IMG/VR virus record: IMGVR_UViG_3300044835_000075
Coordinates: 43,375-107,374 of that record
Source of the DNA: a virus
DNA length: 64,000 nucleotides
Direction: 5' to 3' (one strand)
Positions 19,201-26,270 of the stretch are shown here, piece after piece; position 1 is the first letter of the stretch; each line of letters starts with the position of its first letter. The notes beneath the pieces were generated by a model. The model was not told the DNA's origin, searched no databases, and saw nothing but the letters and a program-made list of their open reading frames with translations. Position numbers and translations under genes: made by a program.

Positions 19201-19350
19201 CTAGTTGGGGTGGCGGGGCGGCTTGCCCTTGGCCTGGTCCTGGACGTTCTCGAACCACTTTTTGGTGTTGGCGGGCGGTCCCTGGCGGGGGGCTTCCTTG
19301 CCGGTGGGCTGGACGCCCTTGGACGGCTTCGAGCTGCCTCGGTTGACCAT
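19201..19350 (-). CDS. small basic protein
   Basis: GAGAGGA RBS; MVNRGSSKPSKG. Confidence 0.55.
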   Translation of the reverse strand: MVNRGSSKPSKGVQPTGKEAPRQGPPANTKKWFENVQDQAKGKPPRHPN

Positions 19351-19431
19351 GGTGTCGGTCCTCTCGTCTCGTGTGTGCCGGTGGTGCGGAACGGGGCGGA
19401 ACCGGGCCCGGGGTTGCGGCAAGAGTGGCTG

Positions 19432-19583
19432 ACGGCTCGGGGCACCGGCGCCGTCGGTGTGCGTCCTGCACTCCGGGTCGTGTAGTTCCTGGTCGGCGCG
19501 CCGTGCCCGTTTCCTGGGGCGCGTCGGCCTGCGGGCGGGTTATCGCCGCTCGCGCCCGGTTGGTTCTCAGGGCGGCCGGGCGC
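19432..19583 (+). ncRNA. candidate structured RNA, antisense to flanking genes
   Basis: five stems whose mismatches are G-U pairs on the plus strand. Confidence 0.4.
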
Positions 19584-19599
19584 CACCACGTGCGGGGGT

Positions 19600-19926
19600 C
19601 TAGCGGACGGGCAGGTGCAGGACCAGCTCCCAGGGGTCGGTCATGCGTTCGAGGTCGATGGGGGTTCCGTAGACGCGGGTGAGGTTGCAGACCTGACCGA
19701 TGATCTTGATCTGGCGCTGCTCGGCGTCGGTGAAGCGGACGTCGAGGGTGGGCACGGAGATCCGGATCGAGTCGTGGCCTCCGGGGGTGATGCTGCATTT
19801 GGCCTTGATGCCGTAGTGCTTGAGGCGGCCCCGGACGTGCGCGGCGAGCTGCTTGGCGTTCATCGCGTAGCCGAGCTGGCCGTCGATGACGGCTTGGACT
19901 TCGGCGGTGGGTGTGGTGTGCAGCAT
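19600..19926 (-). CDS. hypothetical protein
   Basis: GGAGG RBS, promoter cassette upstream. Confidence 0.7.
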   Translation of the reverse strand: MLHTTPTAEVQAVIDGQLGYAMNAKQLAAHVRGRLKHYGIKAKCSITPGGHDSIRISVPTLDVRFTDAEQRQIKIIGQVCNLTRVYGTPIDLERMTDPWELVLHLPVR

Positions 19927-19950
19927 GGGCGCGGCCTCCGGGGTGTCGGT

Positions 19951-20043
19951 GCGGAACATGTTTAGTAAACCACGTTCGGCGCGGCTAGTCAACTGGGCAT
20001 CTGGGTGATTGACAAGCCGCGCTCAGAGTGGTTGACTTACATC
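19951..20043. promoter_or_regulatory. back-to-back divergent class I promoter cassettes
   Basis: minus TTGACT(19992)-17-TTTACT plus GTTCCGC; plus TTGACA(20009)-17-TTGACT leaderless. Confidence 0.85.
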
Positions 20044-20280
20044 ATGAACGAAACGCGCACCGCCACCCGGGCCACCGCCGAGTACCTCGGACGCAAGCTC
20101 ACCGCCAAGCCCGTGAAGAACAAGACCACCGGCGCCCGCCACTTCGAGATCCGCTGCAACGGACGCTTCTGCTGGAACGGCACCGAAACCACCGCCGACG
20201 CCGCGCTCGACATGGCCAAGAGGTACGTCGACGAGGCCGAGCTTCGCCCCGCTGCCTACCCGGACCTCCGCGCGGCTTGA
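20044..20280 (+). CDS. small hypothetical protein
   Basis: leaderless start MNETRTA. Confidence 0.75.
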   Translation: MNETRTATRATAEYLGRKLTAKPVKNKTTGARHFEIRCNGRFCWNGTETTADAALDMAKRYVDEAELRPAAYPDLRAA

Positions 20281-20285
20281 TCACC

Positions 20286-20459
20286 ATGGCCGAGACGCGC
20301 ACCGCTGAAGTCGTACGCACTGCGATCACGACCCATGGGCCACCTGCTCCCGTCATCTACGCACCGCGCTGGCCCGCCGACCACCACCCGTGGACCATTC
20401 AGCCGGGCACCATCCGGTACGCGAACTATGAGGTGAGGGAAACGACGCCCGCTCAGTGA
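20286..20459 (+). CDS. small hypothetical protein
   Basis: MAETRTA start; ends at terminator. Confidence 0.6.
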   Translation: MAETRTAEVVRTAITTHGPPAPVIYAPRWPADHHPWTIQPGTIRYANYEVRETTPAQ

Positions 20460-20471
20460 CCGCCACACGAC

Positions 20472-20502
20472 AACGCCCCCGCCGGATACCGGCGGGGGCG
20501 TT
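20472..20502. terminator. bidirectional terminator hairpin
   Basis: AACGCCCCCGCCGG-ATA-CCGGCGGGGGCGTT. Confidence 0.85.
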
Positions 20503-20697
20503 CGACGTACGAAGGCCCGGAGTCTCCCCCGGGCCCGCGCTGCTCTACCAATTGAGCTACACGACCGGCTGCCGCTGGCCGCGCCCGGACTTGAACCAGG
20601 AACCACCGGCGACACTACCGGACGCGCGAAACCCGGGGCCGCCGTGGCGGGCACCCGGGCTCACTTCCGCCCACGCGGGCGGCGGTCAGGTCACAGG
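20499..20697 (-). ncRNA. circularly permuted tRNA mimic, YrlA-like Y RNA candidate
   Basis: 5'-3' order T arm (CCTGG-TTCAAGT-CCGGG), acceptor stem closed by a 10-nt loop, D arm (GCTC-AATTGGTA-GAGC); GTCGAACG near the 3' end; boundaries approximate. Confidence 0.75.
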
Positions 20698-20744
20698 CAG
20701 AGGAAACCGAACAGGTGGATCACCAGAAGAATCATGCCCGAAGA

Positions 20745-21005
20745 CTAGACCCCGGTGATCAATCCGGCGCGCCGGGCGTCCTGCCTCGGCGGCGTATTCG
20801 GTGACGGGCAATCCGGCGCGTGCCGGACGACGGCCTTCAGCGTCGACAGCGGGGTGAGGTAGCGCCGCTGGTCGCCGTAGGCGGTGAACAGCTGGCCCTC
20901 GCAGTACAGGCAGAGCACAGAGCCACCGGCCAGCGTGACACCCCAGCGCCAGACGAACGCCGGGATGTCCTCGAAGTCGGGGATGTCCGGCGGGAGCACG
21001 GTCAC
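20745..21005 (-). CDS. small Cys-containing protein
   Basis: CLYC...HAPDC; GTGA overlap. Confidence 0.6.
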   Translation of the reverse strand: MTVLPPDIPDFEDIPAFVWRWGVTLAGGSVLCLYCEGQLFTAYGDQRRYLTPLSTLKAVVRHAPDCPSPNTPPRQDARRAGLITGV

Positions 21006-21262
21006 CGCTTCGCCCTGATCGGCTTGCCGGTCTCCAGGTCGAGCCCGTAGGTGTTCAGGTCCCGCTCGATGTCCCAGGCCTCCGAGCCCCGGTCGAGCGC
21101 GATGTCGTCGTTGCCAGCGGCCACGGCGGCTGCCTCCTGGTCGAGCAGCTGCTTGCGGTAGGCGGCCATCGCGATGCCCTGCTTGCACGTCGGGCCCTCG
21201 ATCTCGATCTTCTGCCGGACCCAGATGGGTGCGGCGCCGATGAGGATCTCCAGCTTAGCCAC
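21002..21262 (-). CDS. small hypothetical protein
   Basis: GGAGG RBS; overlaps neighbours. Confidence 0.65.
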   Translation of the reverse strand: MAKLEILIGAAPIWVRQKIEIEGPTCKQGIAMAAYRKQLLDQEAAAVAAGNDDIALDRGSEAWDIERDLNTYGLDLETGKPIRAKR

Positions 21263-21938
21263 GGGTACCGGCCTCCTTCTCGCGTGCGTCGGCCCGGCAG
21301 ATCCGGCTGTCGAGCGCGTCGCGCCGCTTGCACAGCGCCACGAACTTGATCAGGTCGTTGTCCATCTTGGCGAACCGGCGGCGCCCGGCGCTGGCGGCGG
21401 CCTTCGAGCGCGAGTACGGCGAGAGGTTCACGACGGCGGGGTCGTACGGGCCGACGTCGGCGAACGCGTCGAGCTTGGCCTGCACTGTGGCGCGCTCTTC
21501 GCGCAGCGAGTCGGCCGAGCGGTAGACACGCGGTGTGGTGACCCGCTTCGGGGCGGGCGTGGTCTCAGGGAGCACGACGTACTGCTCGTCGCCGTCGCGG
21601 ACGAACCAGTCCAGCAGGGGCGGGAAGCGCAGCGTGATGCGGTCGGCCTGGTGGCGGGCGACGTAGGCGGCCTGGCGGGCCAGCAGGATCTCCATGTACT
21701 CCTCGCCGGTGACCGGGGCGGTCAGCTCGGCGGGCTCGTCAGCCACGGCCACGGGGGCGGGCTCGACGTCGTGCATCTCGGTGATCTCTTTGCGGACGCC
21801 GAGGATCTTGCCGGGCTTGTCCCAGCCGCCGACGCCGGTGATGACCTCGACCTCGTAGTAGCCCGAGTTGATCTCGCGGAGCACCTTGACTTCGGCGGTG
21901 AGTGTGCGTCCACAGGTGACGGTGGCGGTTCCCAGCAT
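21255..21938 (-). CDS. hypothetical protein
   Basis: GAGGAG RBS; promoter upstream. Confidence 0.75.
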   Translation of the reverse strand: MLGTATVTCGRTLTAEVKVLREINSGYYEVEVITGVGGWDKPGKILGVRKEITEMHDVEPAPVAVADEPAELTAPVTGEEYMEILLARQAAYVARHQADRITLRFPPLLDWFVRDGDEQYVVLPETTPAPKRVTTPRVYRSADSLREERATVQAKLDAFADVGPYDPAVVNLSPYSRSKAAASAGRRRFAKMDNDLIKFVALCKRRDALDSRICRADAREKEAGTRG

Positions 21939-21955
21939 GGCGGGTTCTCCTCGGG

Positions 21956-22012
21956 GGTCTCTCGTGCGGTACCCCTGAATGATAGCCGACGCTTGAGCGG
22001 CTTGTCAACCTC
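21956..22012 (-). repeat. 57-bp direct repeat copy 1 containing class II promoter TTGACA-18-TATCAT
   Basis: 56/57 identical to 22427-22483. Confidence 0.9.
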
Positions 22013-22069
22013 AGGTTACCAGAAAAGCCCCGCCAGGAATCTGCCCGGCAGGGCTTCAGGGGTTGCGAA

Positions 22070-22414
22070 TCAGAGGACGACGACGCGACCCTCGCGCAAG
22101 ACGCAGGCGCCGACCAGCGGCGGCAAAGCGGGGAAACCGTAACGCCCGGCAGCCTCATCGAGGTCGTCCTGATCGACGTTGCCCTTGCGGGTGAGACGCA
22201 TCAGGGGAAGCCGGTCGGCGTCGATGGTCATCTGCACGGTACGCAAACCGAAATCGCTGCGAAAGACGCGGATGACGCTGACACTGTCAGCAGTGTGGGC
22301 GTAGACGTTGCCGGGCGCGATGCCGTCAACGACCCAGCAGAAGGATTCGCCTTCGATACGGACGGTGTCGCCAAGGGCGATGTCGGCGCGGCGGGCGGTG
22401 GCGGTGTGAACCAT
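22070..22414 (-). CDS. hypothetical protein bracketed by the 57-bp repeats
   Basis: GGGAG RBS; MVHTATARR. Confidence 0.7.
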   Translation of the reverse strand: MVHTATARRADIALGDTVRIEGESFCWVVDGIAPGNVYAHTADSVSVIRVFRSDFGLRTVQMTIDADRLPLMRLTRKGNVDQDDLDEAAGRYGFPALPPLVGACVLREGRVVVL

Positions 22415-22426
22415 GCGGGGCTCCCT

Positions 22427-22483
22427 GGTCTCTCGTGCGGTACCCCTGAATGATAGCCGACGCTTAAGCGGCTTGTCAACCTC
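22427..22483 (-). repeat. 57-bp direct repeat copy 2 containing class II promoter
   Basis: 56/57 identical to 21956-22012. Confidence 0.9.
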
Positions 22484-22627
22484 GAAGTAGATGCGGGGGC
22501 CGTATCCCTCGGCCGCGTCGAGATCTGGCACCAAGAGCGCCGCCACGCGGATCACTGCTGCTGGCCTCTCAACGCCCCATCACCGCTCACGCGGTCGCGT
22601 CCCGGGGTGAACGCAGGGCATCCGCCG

Positions 22628-22699
22628 TGGTCCCGGGAGGACTTGAACCTCCAGCCGTCATCGTATGAAGACGCTGCTCTACCACTGAGCTACGGGACC
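22628..22699 (-). tRNA. tRNA with CAT anticodon (Met or Ile2)
   Basis: cloverleaf GGTCCCG/CGGGACC, D arm GCTC-AGTGGTA-GAGC, loop TTCATAC, T arm GGAGG-TTCAAGT-CCTCC; CCA not encoded. Confidence 0.9.
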
Positions 22700-22812
22700 A
22701 AAACGAGACCCAAGCGGGCCCTGTAGGGCGTCACCACCGCTCCGTCACCGGAGACAGGCAGCGCTGGGATAGTGTCGACGGCGAATTCCACACCGCTCCC
22801 GCCTGGATCTCG

Positions 22813-22965
22813 TGACAGCGAAGGACTCGAACCTTCCCCCGGAACAGGTACGCCGGGGCCCGACCTTGGGAACTGCCTCGGCACCGGCGCATCCACGCCA
22901 GTGCCCCCGGCCAGCCGCTCCAACAGCCAACCGAGTCGAACGCGGCACGACGGGCGAATCGTCAC
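22813..22965 (-). ncRNA. structured RNA ending in a tRNA-like T arm and acceptor strand
   Basis: GAAGG-TTCGAGT-CCTTC-GCTGTCA preceded by several hairpins; 5' partner ambiguous. Confidence 0.5.
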
Positions 22966-23315
22966 ACCCCGACCCGGGCGCAGGAACACCCGAACCGGTC
23001 CAGCCGCGACGCACGCCCCTGCGGCAAGCACAGCGCGCGCCCCGACCGCCGCTGCAATTCGACGGCCGGTGTTACTTCGGTGGTCCCGCCCGCATCCACA
23101 ACGAGACGGCCACTCACGAGATCACTCCCGCATCAACGAAACTGCCCTGCCCAAACCAGGCCAGTCCGCGAAGCTTCACGGTCCCCCGCGCCCGGACAGT
23201 GCCGGACGCGGGGAGTACCGCCCTGCGCCACCCCGGCAAGGGCAACGCACATCACAGCACCCGGGATTGCCGCCCCGTGCCACGGTCGCGGGTTTAGCGG
23301 CCCGCGCCGTGTCTG

Positions 23316-23439
23316 TTGTCCACCCCCGGATCGAACGGGGGCACACGGCCTCTCGGCTACCCACGGGGTGGAAAGACTCCGCGCGGTGCGGCCAGGTTCT
23401 ACCCTGCCGCCGTGGCTCTACCAGCTGAGCTAGTGGACT
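23316..23439 (-). ncRNA. tRNA-like RNA with a 59-nt insert replacing the anticodon loop
   Basis: GTCCAC/GTGGAC acceptor, TA, GCTC-AGCTGGTA-GAGC, ACGGC/GCCGT stem, CCCCG-TTCGATC-CGGGG. Confidence 0.8.
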
Positions 23440-23520
23440 ACCAGCGGACCCATCCGCCATTAGGGCCCCGCCTCGCCCGCCCAGTAGGTGCGCACCGGTC
23501 GAACGGGTTCAGCGAGAAGA

Positions 23521-23736
23521 TCAGTTGTCGATGCGCTCGTGCGAACCGTCGAGGCTGCGCGGCGCAGAGCCGACTCCCCCGCGCTTCGCCGCGAGCACCT
23601 CTTTCGCGGTGAAAAACGAGAACATGAGCGCAGCCACCAGCAGCAGCGACAGCCACGGATTGACGCCGAGCGTGATGAAGACGGCGATGAGGCCCAGCGT
23701 GACGCTGTACTGGATGAGAGAGCGAACGTCGTTCAT
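23521..23736 (-). CDS. small two-TM membrane protein inside the RNA cluster
   Basis: GAGAGGA RBS; MNDVRSLIQYSVTLGLIAVF. Confidence 0.7.
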   Translation of the reverse strand: MNDVRSLIQYSVTLGLIAVFITLGVNPWLSLLLVAALMFSFFTAKEVLAAKRGGVGSAPRSLDGSHERIDN

Positions 23737-23759
23737 GCGGTTCCTCTCGAAGAGCTTTG

Positions 23760-24185
23760 GGTGGCCGTTGTTGCGTTGGTATCGAGCCTGCCGAAGCCGG
23801 TACAGCGGCCAAAACCGCGACAGGTAGAGCGTGCGCTTCACTCGGCTTGGCACACGCTGGGGCTTACTCCCGCCACCGTCCTCGTGAGAGTCCGGCTCGG
23901 CTTGACCGAGAGCCCCTTCCGTGCACCGGCCCGGCTCGAACGGGCTGCCCATCCCTGCTGAGTAGCGCGGGGCAGTGCTCCGACGGGTGTGTTTCGCCGT
24001 GAAGTTCCCACCGTCATGAACTCGCTGCGCACCGCTGCGTCCCGAACCCAACCTCGCACTGTGTGGAGCGTACGCGGCTCGCCGGGGCACAACGGGTGTT
24101 GCAGTCTCACGGGTGCCGGTCGTGGCACACCCTGACCTTGTGTCGGAACCGGTGAGGCCTGGGGGACCCTCTCCGGCCCGACACC
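23760..24185 (-). ncRNA. structured leader/ncRNA containing a T-arm/acceptor module at 23922-23945
   Basis: dense hairpins; GCCCG-TTCGAGC-CGGGC-CGGTGCA. Confidence 0.5.
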
Positions 24186-24189
24186 GCAG

Positions 24190-24219
24190 ACACTAGCCGG
24201 TGTCGTGGCGGGAAGTCAA
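24190..24219 (-). promoter_or_regulatory. class II-like promoter TTGACT-18-TAGTGT driving the RNA cluster
   Basis: CGGCTA half-site present, left half degenerate. Confidence 0.75.
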
Positions 24220-24224
24220 CTCGG

Positions 24225-25010
24225 GGTATTGCGTGGTAGTCGCATGTAACTCTGAGTAACCCTCCTTTAATTATTACCATAATCAAGTCTCATCGGGGTA
24301 ACGGTTTGGAGTACCTAGATTTGTGCAAGTTTGCAGCAGGTTAGCGCTTACTTTGCGCCGTGTTTGCGTGCGCTATGCCAGTGCTAGGCAGGCTCTGTAT
24401 ACCCCCGGGGGGTATCCGTGGCCAGCGTGGTCCAAATGCTAACTACCTGCTCTAAGATGCTAATCACCAGGTAGATGGCAATGCAAACCTCTAGTGGTCA
24501 AGCGGCAATAGACCACCCTATATGCCTTCTGACCTGGTGGTTACGGGTCATCAACCCCCTTTGGTCCGGGACGAGGTGCCTGTTTTCGGTTGTAAATTGC
24601 TATGCTAACCATGCTAAGTAGCTATTATTTGCCCTGACCTGCGATGTTAGCGTTTTGCAAACTTAGCATTGCCTAAAGGGGTCGAAATCTGAGTCGTCGG
24701 ACCATGGACCAACATCTCTTAAAGGGCAGGTCGGGAGGCACTTCCGTCGATCGGCCCGACTTGACCTCTTTGTCCGATTCTCGCGAGTGGACCGGCGTGG
24801 ACCGCGTTGCCCTCGTCGCCGTCCTCGCTGGTCACGGCATTTCGCTATGGCAAAGCAATTGCAAGTCCAGGGGTGGACCGAAACAGCGCCAAAGTGGACG
24901 AGTGTTGGTGACCAAACGGACCATGTTAATTTCTAACATCACGGATATCGTGACCTTATCCATTGTAGACAGTCGAATTTGACGCCATGCGATTGCTATG
25001 CAAAGCTTCG
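24225..25010. other. AT-rich non-coding origin-like region with short repeats
   Basis: five ATGCTAA copies, many GGACC/GGTCC copies, ATACCCCC-G-GGGGGTAT palindrome, lies at the main strand switch. Confidence 0.6.
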
Positions 25011-25014
25011 CTGC

Positions 25015-25683
25015 ATGACTCGACCTGACTACGCCTCCCTCGGCTTCACCGTCTCGGCCCCCGAGGCCCGCGAGATCCTTGAGGTCGGCTCCGTGAACGA
25101 GGTGTACGACCTCGTGCGGACCGGCGTCCTCGACGGCCTCCACACCTTCCGCGAGGGCCGCGCCTTCATGCTCTTCCACCCCGATGAACTGACCGGCTAC
25201 GCGTACCGGGTTCGCACCGGCAAGTTGCAGGCCGCCGAGCGTTACGCCACCCGTCTTCAGCGCATCCTGCGCGACTACCTGCGCTCGCACACCCCGCTCC
25301 CGGACTACGACGAGGCCTGCGACACCGGCTACCCGCTGCTCGCCGGGACTTCCGCATCCGAAGGGGACGCCGTCTACATCCGTCCCGAGTTCGTCGTCGA
25401 GTGGTTCCGGCACACCGACGACGGCTTCGAGCATCCGATCACCAAGACCACGCTCGACGAGACCCTGCACCGCATCGGCGCGATCCGGCGTCGCGGGTTC
25501 GTCGCGGTCTCCGACCGCAGCAAGGGCACACAGCGCTGGTCGCAGTGGTGGCGGCTGCCCGCGTCGTTCGTCGACGGTGCGATCCCCGACCCCGCGCCCG
25601 CGCCACTGCGCACCGACGACAAGGTCGTCCGTGGGGTCCGTGGCCCGGCGTACCTCTCCGGCGAACTGGGGTCGCAGTCGTGA
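25015..25683 (+). CDS. HTH DNA-binding protein (excisionase/MerR-like N-terminus)
   Basis: TVSAPEAREILEVGSVNEVYDLVRTGVL. Confidence 0.7.
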   Translation: MTRPDYASLGFTVSAPEAREILEVGSVNEVYDLVRTGVLDGLHTFREGRAFMLFHPDELTGYAYRVRTGKLQAAERYATRLQRILRDYLRSHTPLPDYDEACDTGYPLLAGTSASEGDAVYIRPEFVVEWFRHTDDGFEHPITKTTLDETLHRIGAIRRRGFVAVSDRSKGTQRWSQWWRLPASFVDGAIPDPAPAPLRTDDKVVRGVRGPAYLSGELGSQS

Positions 25684-26201
25684 ACGGGTCCGGGTCGACG
25701 TGGTACAGCAACGATCGCTGGATAGTCATCGAACTCGCCAGCCGCCGAAGCCTGCGCTGCACACCGGACCTGGCGACGTACTTCGACGCCAGCGGCCAGA
25801 CCCATATGAGCAGTTCGGTGATGCGCAAGACCGCGCGGGAGCTGCTCGCACGTGGCCTTGCGGTGATCGGTGAGCCGGACAGCGGTTCACTGCGGGTGTC
25901 GCTCACCGAGCAGGGCAAGAGGGTGCGGACGCAGTGGTACCACCCGCAAGGAAAGTCGCGGATGTTCCCGTACCCCGGCCTGATCAACCCGCCGCCGCAC
26001 CATCGCCCGCTGCACCTCATCCTGCACTGGGTGGGCGATCCCGAGGTGGACCAATTGCCGGTGGACGCTGGCGAGTGGGTCCATGAGTTGCGCCGCGATG
26101 GACTGATGGTCCAGTCCTCGACCGGAGTGTCGGCGCTGACCGGCGCGGGCGTCGCCCTCCTGGGGGTGTGGGACCGCGCTGGGTGCCGCTGTGAATTCTA
26201 G
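25680..26201 (+). CDS. hypothetical protein, possibly tandem winged-helix
   Basis: two L..RGL...LTEQG/LTGAG-like repeats; GTGA overlap. Confidence 0.55.
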   Translation: MNGSGSTWYSNDRWIVIELASRRSLRCTPDLATYFDASGQTHMSSSVMRKTARELLARGLAVIGEPDSGSLRVSLTEQGKRVRTQWYHPQGKSRMFPYPGLINPPPHHRPLHLILHWVGDPEVDQLPVDAGEWVHELRRDGLMVQSSTGVSALTGAGVALLGVWDRAGCRCEF

Positions 26202-26202
26202 G

Positions 26203-26245
26203 TTGACTAGCCCCCCACACTCCGGCTACTCTTACCCCCGTTCCG
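26203..26245 (+). promoter_or_regulatory. class II promoter cassette TTGACT-18-TACTCT plus GTTCCG
   Basis: repeat motif. Confidence 0.85.
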
Positions 26246-26270
26246 TACTCCGACCTGAGGGAAGATCCAC

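Noticed and set aside
21956-22483. 57-bp repeats as attL/attR or transposon ends
   Set aside because: No integrase or transposase nearby; the repeat is the promoter-leader cassette itself
23316-23439. tmRNA or group I intron-containing tRNA
   Set aside because: Insert is only 59 nt, a full D stem is present, and there is no alanine G3-U70 identity or tag frame
22690-23460. ORFs predicted across the RNA cluster
   Set aside because: Low-complexity translations overlapping tRNA-like structures, without RBS or codon bias
23970-24025. Hammerhead ribozyme suggested by TCATGA...CGAAAC
   Set aside because: The required CUGANGA core is absent
24225-25010. Short repeats as a mini-CRISPR array
   Set aside because: Repeats are 6-8 bp, irregularly spaced and on both strands
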